Shown piece after piece: positions 1 to 11,369 of a stretch of 64,000 bases of DNA (position 1 is its first letter; the number at the start of each line of letters is the position of its first letter). The notes beneath the pieces were generated by a model. It was not told the origin of the DNA, did no database searches, and was given only the letters and a program-made list of their open reading frames with translations. The stretch is from Utricularia gibba. Lineage: Eukaryota; Plantae; Magnoliophyta. The stretch covers positions 1,736,001 to 1,800,000 of the forward strand of contig NEEC01000002.1 of NCBI GenBank assembly GCA_002189035.1. The letters run 5' to 3'. The position numbers were made by a program, and so were the translations under genes.

Positions 1-1431
1 TGGATGACATTAATTTACATTAGCACAAATGATTTGAAAAACACGAAGAAGTATTATTTATCTGATATTTGATAGAAATATTTATAATTGAATTTATATG
101 TAATATTAGTAAAACACGTATAGTCAATTATTTATTATGTAATTAAAAAGAAAAGATAGTATCGTATTTTATTACGATGGAATTAACTAAATACATCCCA
201 ATTTATATTTTACTATAAATGAAATGTTAAATAATAAAATTAATGGAATATTTAATACATGATGTAATATACTACTATTGATCAAATGAGGCCTATATAC
301 ATCGCAACATTATTTATTATATTGGATTAAATTAGAGAAAAGCGAAACAACTTTATATTTTATTATGTATAGTTGTTTTTTAATTAATGTATGATTATGC
401 ATAATTAATTAATTAAAATATGTTATAATGATTTTTTTAATTTTTCGAATAAATAAAATGAGAGTGCTGGTAAAATAAACATAAAAGGAAAGGCGGTTGG
501 CTAGAGCTAGAACGAAAGCAGAGTAATTTGTAGAATGATAAGGTGGTATAAATAGAAAGATTTGCCCGCTGACCGGGGCAGAAGGAAGGGGTAGTGGTGA
601 TTTGCCCGGGTGCGGTAAAGGGAGACTGTTAAACAAAACAATAATTAATTAAGCATGATTATTTTTGTATTTTAAAATAAATAGAATGAATGCTGACGTG
701 TATTTACAGTTATATTCTTATTCTCAGTCCAATACAGAGAATGTGAGGAAATGAGATTTAAAAAAAAAAGAAAAAGAAAAAGAAAAGAAAAATGGCATTT
801 AATAAAAACACAAAATGAAGAAGGAACAACGTCAGAAGCTTTCGGAAGAGAGGAAGAACAGAGGGAGGGGGTGGAGAGAGAGAGAGACCTGCAAAAAGGA
901 GAATTGAGCCTGTAGAAAGGTCTTTCTCCAGAAGGACGAGAATGGAACAGAGAAAGTGAAGCTAGGAAGTAATTGTATGTATATATTGGCGTGTATGTAT
1001 AGATAGAGAGAGAGAGAGATAGAGGTCGTGGGTAGTGTCTGTTTACTGAGTGTTTCTGTGTGTCTGTGGTTGTTTGTAGTGGAGGGAAGGGGGCAATCGA
1101 GAGCAGATTTGTGAAGAGTTGGTCTCTGCATTTCTCAGCATCTTCTGCCCCCTTTTCAGCTCCTCTGTCGGCGATTCCCTGTTCGCCGGAAAATATACTT
1201 CCCCCTCCACGGCGGACGGTTGAGCTCATCATCGTTCTTTTTCTCAATGGCCCAATCCAAGGGTTTCGAGTTTCTGCGCCTATTTTTGCTTGGCTGAGTT
1301 TTCTGGGGCTTTTTACCTTTTGGATTGTGGGTTTTCGTTGATTTCTTGGGGTGGTTCGACATGGGTTTTCCGTGAGGAAAGCTGCCAAGGGGTAGTAAAG
1401 AATTCCAGAACCAGAACCAGAAACGGAGGAG

Positions 1432-4400
1432 ATGAAGGCTCCAAGTGGCGGCGGCAGCGCGGCTGCTTCACGGGCCAACACCTCCGCCGCCTCTGAAGGT
1501 CTCCTTTCCTTTCCTTTCAGATTTGCATGGCAAATTAAACGCACTCCTTTTTTTCCGTTGTCTTGCTTTTCAAAACAATAAAAGAACCATTTGTTTATTG
1601 ATCAGGTGAGGCGAAGAAGAGTATCAACGGCGAGCTATGGCAAGCTTGCGCCGGCCCATTGGTGAATTTACCGGCGGCCGGGTCCCACGTCGTCTACTTT
1701 CCTCAGGGACACAGCGAACAGGTCATGATCTTTCTTGATTTTAAATGAGTAAATACATATGAACCCATTCTCCTCCTTCCTTCGTCTCCTACTTTGGTAT
1801 GCCCACGTCCCTATAGCAGAAATCAGAAGGCAACCAAAGCAAAGTTCTTCTTCTGCTCAAACCCCAAAACACTATACGACGTCGTTTCTTTTCGATCAAC
1901 TCTCTGCATTAACATTTAGTGCATATCTTCCAACATCCCTTTCTGTCAGTGCCTGTCTTCGATGCAATTCCCTTCAATAGTTTGATGGATCCGATCACAT
2001 GGATGGGTGGAAACCCACAACTCTGCGCCAAAAAAAAATTCCCTTCTTTTTTACCCCGTGTTGTTTGCTAACGTGCGCCGCGTGCGTAGACTAGTCCTTG
2101 GTAAGCCGGGGAGAGGGGTTGTTGTTGATGTTGACGCCGGGCCGATTCGGTTAACATACTTTGCAAGACTAGAGGACGGAAAAAAACAAAAAGCAAGAAA
2201 GGGAGAGATGATCTTCGGCTGTGCTAACGTGCGCCGAGGAGATTATGATTTTGGGGGCCCAGGGACCAGATCATGTCAACTTGCCCCTCTGTCATCAACT
2301 AACAATTGTTTGCTACATTTTTATATATTTTTTTATGTTCTTGTTTTAATCATTACCGCTGTTAAAAAAATTTTTACCATGCCACATGGGTAGTTTGAAC
2401 ACGCAAACTCTTACTCTACATTTATTATTCTTGTTTTTATTAAGAAAATTATTAAAAAAAAAGAGAGAACAAGACGGTAGGAAGAGAGACATTGCTAGTG
2501 CTAGGTGTCTGGCAGTGGAGAAGTAGTGATACAAGTGAACAGTGTACTTAAAGTGAACTCAACATCCGTTTAGGGGATGATAATTTGCTGGTTTGGTTTT
2601 GTTGTTGTAGTGTGATTCTCATTGGGCGGATATTTGTTGTTGTATGGGAATGATGAGTGATGATATCTGCCTGCTTCTAAAGTGAAAATGTTCATCATGT
2701 CTTCAGGTTGCTGCTTCAATGAAAAAGGACATGGATGTACAAATACCAAGCTATCCTAATCTTCCATCGAAGCTGCTGTGCATTCTTCACAGCATAAGAT
2801 TGCATGTATGCTAATTGTTATAGGCAGTGGTTTCATTTTTTTGACTTTGTAGTGGGTTTTTCATGGTCCCTTTTCTTGCTTCGTTAGGCTGATCCTGATA
2901 CTGATGAAGTATATGCCCAGATGACTCTGCAGCCTACACCCTCGGTGAGTTTCTCCAACTCCTGTGCTTTGAATGTGTTTTTGTTTCTTTACTTGAGAGC
3001 ACATGCTAATGTTTCCTCTTTTTAGTGCCCCTGACATTAATAATAATCCACTTGCTGTGCAGTTTGACAAAGATGCATTGCTGAGATCAGATCTATCAAT
3101 GAGAGCCAACAAACCACAGATGGAGTTTTTCTGCAAAACCTTAACGGCCAGTGATACCAGCACTCATGGAGGTTTTTCTGTGCCTCGGCGAGCGGCTGAG
3201 AAGATTTTCCCAGCTCTGGTTATTCCCAAATCCTTCATTTCTTTGCTTTATGTCTACAGCCTTTTGTTTTGTTAGCTTGTTACAAACGTGTTCTGTTTTA
3301 GGACTTCACCATGCAACCTCCTGCACAAGAGCTTGTCGCTCGTGACTTGCATGATAACGTGTGGACATTCCGGCATATTTACCGGGGTAAGTTCATTTGG
3401 ATCATGAATTTTGAAAGAATGTTCAGTAATGTGATGGACTCATTTCAGGGCAACCGAAGCGTCACTTGCTAACCACAGGATGGAGCCTTTTTGTTAGTGG
3501 AAAGAGGCTGATTGCTGGTGATTCCGTCTTATTTATCAGGTACAGATGTGCATTGTTATATGTTGCTATGCTTTGATCCTAAAAAGAATCACTGGAGGTA
3601 ACAGAAGCGTCAAAACTCTTGCAGGGACGAAAAGCAGCAGCTTCTATTAGGCATTAGACGGGCTAACAGGCAACCAACTAATCTCTCATCATCTGTGTTG
3701 TCAAGTGATAGTATGCACATTGGCATTCTTGCAGCAGCTGCCCATGCTGCTACAAACAACAGCCCTTTTACTGTGTTCTACAACCCAAGGTATGGAGTGG
3801 CTTAGCCTTACAGAAAAACAAGCATCCCATCAATTTTTTCTAATCCTTTTTTTCTTAACAGGGCCAGTCCATCAGAGTTTGTTATTCCCCTAGCAAAGTA
3901 CTATAAGGCTGTTTGCAGCAACCAAATCTCTCTCGGAATGCGTTTCAGAATGATGTTTGAAACCGAAGAATCTGGGACAAGAAGGTGAGGATGATGATCT
4001 TCTGAGTTTGTTTTGAAAATCTTCTTCTTTGTTGGATGGGAAGTTTTAAATATGTGCAACTGCATATGCTTTGGTAGGTATATGGGTACCATAACTGGTA
4101 TCAGTGACTTGGACCCTGCACGATGGAAGAATTCTCAGTGGCGCAACTTGCAGGTAAAACCAATTCTTTTGATCATCGTCCCTTATTTTCATTCATCTGC
4201 TGCTGCACACAGAGTATGCAAACTTCATGGTATTTAATGAATAGGTTGGCTGGGATGAGTCAACTGCAGGTGAAAAGCGCAACCGTGTCTCCATCTGGGA
4301 GATTGAGCCAGTAACTGCACCATTCTTCATTTGCCCAAGTCCACCTTTTTTCCGGCAGAAGCGCCCTCGGCAGCCAGGTCTGTTTTGATATAGTTCTAGA

Positions 4401-7011
4401 CCCTTTGTAAGTTTCTTACAAGCAGCTCTCCTTAGGAACATGATAGTCACAGGAATGTAGTGCAGAGTAATCATTTAATGCTGCATGGACAGATGCTCCT
4501 ATCTTTTTCTGTCATTATGTTGGCCGTTATTTTCCCAAATTTGATGCTTTTTGGCCATGTTCAGTTCGTGGGGCATGATGTGTTTTCATTTACGAAGGAA
4601 TAAGGACATAGGCTCACTAGAGTTAAATCACACACAATGCAACAACTACTATGGAATATCTGATTTTGTTTCTTTTTGCAGATGATGCTTATTCAGATCT
4701 CGACGTTCTTTTTAGGAGGACAATGCCTTGGCTTGGAGATGATTTTGTGTCCAAGGAGCCCCAAGCTCTTCCTGGCATGAGCTTAGCTCAGTGGATGCAC
4801 ATGCAACAAAACTCTCCCCTGGCTAACTCTATTCAGACAAACTATATGAATCCTCTGCCTGGTTCTGCAGTACAGAATCTTTCTGGCATGGATATTTCTC
4901 AGTTGGGCTTGCCTGCGATGCAGGTTGGTCAGCATAATAACCAGAGTACGGAGAGGACGAACCATTCAGCACAAGACCAGCTCCAGAAGCTTCCCTCTTC
5001 ATCACTGAACCCGTTGGGAACAATTATGTCCCCACAGAAGCAGATGAATGATGCATCTCTGCATCCTCCGCAAAATTTAGTCTGTCAGAATATGCCTACG
5101 AGCATGCCTGTGAGCCAAGTACCAGCACAGATTTTGCAATCTCAGGGTCCTATGCAAGCTCCAAGTGCTCTGACACAGCAACAACAATCTCTTATAAACG
5201 AGCAGCCTCAGAGAAATGTGCCACAAAACATGTCTCACCTGCAGCAACAAATTTCTGGTCAAAGTTCACTGCCATTCCAGCATGATGTGTTGAGCCAGCA
5301 GCTTCATGGGTCTGAGAACCAAATTCAACTTCAGCTTTTGCAGAGGATCCACCAGCAACAGAATTCACTTGTGTCACAGCAGCCGGGTATGGCTCAGTCA
5401 TCCTTGACTCAGATGGCTGATCAGCAAAAGCAGATTATGGACATCCCACAGGGCTTCTGCCGATCTATTTCAACAACCCCAGTGATGGATGCTTCTCAAG
5501 CTACAACTAGCATGCAGCAATGGACTAGGAATGATGGTCAAAATAGCCTTGGGTTTGGTCAGCTACATTTGCAGGGTAAGATGCCTCAACAGCAGCAATC
5601 TGGAATGTTTTCTGAATCTCAAGGACTCGTAGGAGGTCCTTTAAACCCTACAAATAACCAGTTTTCAGCTGGAAGCAGCGGTATATTGGCTGCAGCTGCT
5701 GGCGCTGGACCTTCCGCCGTTACTGAGGATCTACCATCTTGTTCATATTCGCCATCAACAAATAACTGTCCAAATGCTTCCTTATCTATGATGATAACCT
5801 CAAGTGCCCAAGAGCCAATGTGTTCCAACAATAACCTGCTGAAGGAGTTTCAGTCAAAAGCTGATGTGAAGGCCTCACTGAACATATCCAAAAGCAACAA
5901 ACAAGGCTTTTTCACTTCAGATATGTATCCTAATCCCACAGGTGGCCAAATGGATTATTTGGACAGTCAGTCTTCTGCAACGTCAGTTCTTTCTCAGAAT
6001 GATGCTCATGTCTCTCAGAATAATAACTCCTTGTCTTTCAATCCTCCGCCAGTGCATTTTAGAGATGAAAGCCATGAGATGGATGTCCATGGAGATGCAA
6101 GAAACAGTTTTCTCTTTGGATCTACTGTTGAGAACCAATTGGCAGTTTCCATGATGTCGGATCCTTCAATGGCCAGAAACATGCTAGGATCTGCTAAAGA
6201 ATTCTCAACCAATCTCTCACCTGGAGGAAGCATGGTGCCTACTTATGATAACCCGAAGGAACCAAGGCCTGGTTTTTCGTCATCAATGGTCTCCCCTCGA
6301 TCTTTTGGGGTTCAAGATATGACATTCAATTCAATTGATTCAACAGTGAATGATAGTAGCTTCATGAACAGAGGTTCTTGGTCTCAACCACAGGTTCCTA
6401 GGATGAGAACTTACACAAAGGTCTGTTATGTTTTGTCATTACCTGTTTGCTCCATGGAAAACATCTTTGCTGGTTTGATGTGGATAATATGTTTTCTTTA
6501 GGTATATAAACGTGGAGCCGTGGGAAGATCAATTGACATCACAAGTTACTCAGGATATGATGAACTTAAGCAGGACATGGCTCGCAGATTTGGTATAGAG
6601 GGACAACTTGAGGATGGGCAGAGAATCGGCTGGAAACTAGTTTATGTAGATCATGAGAATGATGTCCTGCTAGTAGGCGATGATCCTTGGGAGTATGTTC
6701 CTCTTCTGAGCTTGGGAAAAAAAATAAACTTGTTTCATCTTTCATTTCCAAAGCAAGTTTTGCATATGAGAGTTCAGCTTTGGATTCGACTTCCATCCAT
6801 ATGTCTTGCTGGATTACTTCCAAACAAGGCTGCTGCTTCTTGTCCTAAACTGAATCCTTGTGTTATGTTTTTCAGGGAATTCGTGAACTGCGTTCGCTGC
6901 ATCAAGATCCTATCTCCTCAGGAAGTCCAACAGATGAGTTTGGATGGCGATTTTGGAAGAAACATGACTCCCAAACAAGCTTGCAGCAGCTCAGACAATG
7001 TTGTGAGTTAG
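1432..7011 (+). CDS. ARF19: Auxin response factor, ARF7/ARF19 clade (B3 DBD, ARF domain, Q-rich middle region, PB1), 14 exons
   Basis: Hand-spliced GT-AG exons 1432-1498, 1606-1721, 2707-2805, 2888-2944, 3063-3218, 3302-3386, 3449-3539, 3625-3789, 3862-3984, 4078-4153, 4245-4377, 4682-6420, 6502-6692, 6876-7011. They read MKAPS...[14 protein letters not shown]...[33 protein letters not shown], a Q-rich activation region, then [17 protein letters not shown]...[20 protein letters not shown]. Confidence 0.95.
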
Positions 7012-7573
7012 TGAAAGGATAGAGGTCCTCTCAAACAGAAAGATCAAAACAGCCCTTGGCCATGGACTTGCAGGAGACAACAAAGTACAAATACTGGTAG
7101 TGATGGTAGGAAATGTTGCTAAAATAGGTGATTTTTTCCCTTCCGTAGTCTTCCCACTTTGTACCAGATGAAAAGGCTCACTCAAACGGTTGCCATGCAT
7201 ATGTTGGATTCCAAGAACAGTCACCCCACCAAAACTATGCAAATTCAGATTTCCGTTCGTTCAACTCCCTGCCGAAAATTCAAGAGAATCAACGCAGTAA
7301 AATATCTTCTCCCTCCAAAACCTCTGTTGCTGCTCTCTTCTCTTAAAGCCCGAGTCTCCGATTCTCAATCGGTTTCCGCGCCGGATGGAATGTGCAGTGG
7401 CAACAGTTGATGGGTCCTTGTATAAGTTTCATGCAGTGACTGCATCTCTTGCAACTATAAATACTTTTTTTTGATTCATTATGTTCGTTTCTGCATAAAG
7501 ACGACTCCCGTACAATAAAACTACTTTTTTTCGTGAGAACAGCAGCGAAAGCCGTTTGCCTCTACCCACCTCT

Positions 7574-9244
7574 TCAGTAAATCTGTTGCATATCTTCATA
7601 GAAGAACTTCTTGAAGTCGGCCATGCATTCTGTTTGGAGAGACAATGCGACTTCGATCCCCCCCTCCGGCGTCGGAATAATCCTCGAGCTACCGTCGGGG
7701 TCAAATACTCCAAGATCCTGCGCCATGTAAATCTCTTTCCCGAACCCGAAATCCATTCCGTTAAGCGGCAGCCCGATCCAGCTTACGACTCCCATCACCG
7801 GATTCCCATAGAATGGCCCCGCCGGCGATTCTTGCAGCGGCGATAGGTCGTTTAGAGATTTCAGGTAATCGATGGTTGAGTTTACGTAGTCGCTCGTCAC
7901 ACGTTCGACGGTTTCCCGTATCTTTCCGGCGGTGAAGGATAATGGGTTCTCCGAAACTTCACCGGAAATGGCGTCGACGACTACGTCCAGGACGGCGTTG
8001 CCGAAGAATTTTCTGGGTAACTTGGGGTTCATGCGGCCACGGACGTCAACGGTGATCGTCAAACCTGCCGTACAAAACCAATCATTTTTAACCCTCTAAT
8101 CTTTATTATATTTAAAAAGGACATTATCCTCGTATCCTCAAAAAAACCTGTCGGTTGATTATACACGTGGCGGCGTGCACGGCAAGAGCAACGGAATATA
8201 TGGGCTGCGAGAACCTCGAAGCGGGTGTACGGACGGCGGAGGACATTGTCCTCCATCCAGTTCTCGTTTGCCCTCTTCTTCAGGGCTTGCACTTGAGCTT
8301 CGGAGACCATCAGAATCGCCAAGGTGGTTGGCTTTTTCCTTTCCTTCTCCGTCGTGGCTTCGCCAATGATGAGCGGAGGTATGGTGTAGGCAAGAGGGAG
8401 AGAACGCGGATGCGTCAGCGGCGAATCTCCCGCTCGGAGGATTCCCCGGTCCAGGAACGGCGGTTCTCCGATGGGCTCTCCTCTCCCCATCCGCGCCCAC
8501 TCCGTCCTGAAGTGGAAAGCACTTTGTCCGTCGACCACCGCATGACTAGTCATTACGCCAAGCGATACCCCGCCGCACCGGAACTTGGTCACCTGCTCAC
8601 ACAAAACCATAAGCCACCGCATACATGCAATTGAATAAAATTATTAAAATTAAGATATAATATTTATTACGTGGTATATTTTCATGCACACAAGTATTTA
8701 AAAAATAATTTCGAAATATAATTAGTTTATTTTCTAATTATAAAAATTTAATAAATATTTATGATGAAATAGAAATTGAATTGTGTTCAAGAATTCCAAA
8801 ATAAAAATAAAAATTAACAATATAATTATTTTTGTTTACCTGCACAAGAAGAAGAGGTATATCTTCGATGGGCAGCGAGCCATCAACCTTCGGAACGAGG
8901 TCATAAAACTCCGGCGCCGGAGTCAAGTCTCCGAGTTCCTCCATCGCGCAGTCAGATTCCACCTCCACCACCGGAGCTCCCTTGGCGTTGCAGTCGAGCT
9001 CCATCCGGCCACCTTCAAGGCGGCGGAGACGGCCCGCCAGAGGATAGAAGTAGACAAGAACTTCACTAAGAGACGACGAAACCGTTCGGAAGAAATCGGT
9101 TTCCCGGGGAGGAGGCCTGTAGAAGTAAATTGCGGGAACATGGTTTACAGCGCCCACCAGGTCCAGCTCCGACAGCGGCATGACGCCGCTCCACGTCGGC
9201 TTCGCCGGACGGACAACCAGCGCCCTCTTGAACGTGGTTTTCAT
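7574..9244 (-). CDS. SHT: BAHD acyltransferase, spermidine hydroxycinnamoyl transferase (SHT)-like, 3 exons, ~446 aa
   Basis: Exons 9244-8840, 8592-8148, 8064-7574 total 1341 nt and are in frame. HxxxD motif (HAVVD), DFGWG-like motif (DFGFG), N-terminus MKTTFKRALVVRPAKPTWSG resembles SHT, and the canonical intron after LLVQ is present. Confidence 0.88.
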
Positions 9245-11369
9245 TCTCTCGGTCGGTGTGAGTTGCAGGCGGCTCCCCCACGCAGTGCATATATATCCGG
9301 AGGAGGAGCTGGAGAGTAGGACACGTGGCATCTTCCGAAGACCACCGATTGACTTCTTTTTTTAACGGCAGTAGTTTTCAAACTCCGGTACAGAAGAGAG
9401 AAACGTACTTACTAAATAAGGAATGTCATACATAACTATTTTTTTTTCATGTGTATTTATTTATTTATTCGAGTGTCGCTATCCAATCTATTATTAAATA
9501 TGTGATGAAATTAGTAGTCATTTTTTTCACACACGTTCATCAACATGGCTAATTCTTTAATTGATCCAATAAAATTAAGTATTTTTTTACGATTTTCTTC
9601 CGATGGTATCATTTGCTATGTATGAAATTTTGAGATTTTTTTAATAAGGAAAAAAAAACGGAACACAAATAATATATTAGATGAGGATATTGTGTAATTT
9701 TTTTTTTCAAGTATTTAAAAATTATTGATGAGGAAATAGAAATAGGCCAAGGATACGTTTGGAAATCTGATTATTTTATTTAAATATGGTCTCGAAATTT
9801 CCAGGGAAATTGGTGGGCTCTCTTGGAAGCCAAAAGTCGTGCCTCATTTCTTGCTCATTAATGACTGGTGTCATGTTGTGGGGAGTATTTGACGTTGTCT
9901 GATAAACTTGCACCGCACCGCTTCGTCTGAGCTCCCATTGATCAATCTCCTACGCCTGAGTTGAGGTGGAGATCATGAGAGGCATGTTTATCAGCATTTT
10001 GTGGTGTACATGGAGTACGCGGCAAAAAGCAAAGAGCTGCCTCATGGCAGAAGAGCAGAACAACAGATGGATATGGTGTCCATGGCAGACGTTTCCACGT
10101 ATGTGCTTCTTCTACTCAAGTGGTGATGAGAATGAAAACCCTAGCTACACGGCAGCTGTTTCAAATATTGCATGGATTTCAACACCGCCAACCAAACACA
10201 CAGTGAGTCTTGGAACCTGAAACGGATGAATGTGTGCGTAGTCAATCTTCTCGAGTTGCATTGGAGGGACTGCATGGCGGCCACATATCTGGATGTGCAT
10301 GTACGGCACCCAGAGGATGAGGGTTGGATCTCATTCTCTCGCACACAAGTTTCAAACTGGGCTGTGGTGTGTGCACGTCGCATGTCCCTGGCAACGCCAC
10401 CGATTGACTTTTCCTTCGGAAGCAAGTCCTACTTTTTTTTCCATTTTGTGAGACTTGCCCAAGTGGCGGTGAGTGCAGCCTGGGCGCCCATCAACTTCCA
10501 GTTTCCGTTGAAAAGTTAGCACCTAGAGATGTCAAATCTGGATCATTCAAGAACACCCCCTTTTTTGTGGATATCAGTGAGCTTGGTTCTTGTGGCAACC
10601 ATCCAGCCGCCCCGTGTGAATGAATGGGTTGCTCGTTGAAGGAGTGAGATGCTTTTCAGACCCGTGGGATGAACTGCGTACACACTAGCTGTGTTGTACT
10701 CATTAGCAATGTCCCACATGATATGATTAATGAATTCAGATATGTTCAGTAAATGCGGTTGGAATAGTCATCATCATCATCAACAAGAGCAGAATGTGGA
10801 TGGTGAGAACAACTAGAAATAGTTCATTTCATCTCTTACAAATCTTGAAGATGGATAGTGCTAATAGAACTGATTTGATTGTTGCTCGCAAGTACCAATG
10901 TTCTTATCTCACACAGCGAGGAAGGAAGATTGGGGGGTGGGTTCCTTCACTTCAAACTAAATCTGTGGGGGGTCAGGTTGGAGAACAAACAGATGCAGTG
11001 CAAGTCATAACTACTGAAAGCGTGGGACTGGTAAGAAGATGCTCATAAAAAATGGGAATTTGGGTGATATGTACGGCCAAATAGATTACATGCATGATCG
11101 CTACTAATGACGAATCAATCACATGTGAGGGAAGATAAGTTTCTAGCCTGAAGAACTACCTACAACTTTGCCTTCATCCGGGGTTCTCTTGGTTGCTTCA
11201 TAAAAAATTGAAACTTCGTCTACAGACATACCAGAATCATGAATTCTATACCATGTAAATCGCTCGAGTTGCCAGTAAACCGGGAGTTTGGATTTGCAGT
11301 CCCACACCATCCGCGTAGGAGTGCCGTTTGTCAGTCTCACTTGGCAAGGCGGCAGAGAGAGAGTCTACT

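Noticed and set aside
672-1544. 290-aa minus-strand ORF
   Set aside because: Low-complexity translation of GA/CT repeats, antisense to the ARF19 leader and exon 1; no domain.
7556-9319. Long plus-strand ORFs (96, 159, 178 aa) over the BAHD gene
   Set aside because: Antisense shadows of a GC-rich coding sequence; no recognisable product.
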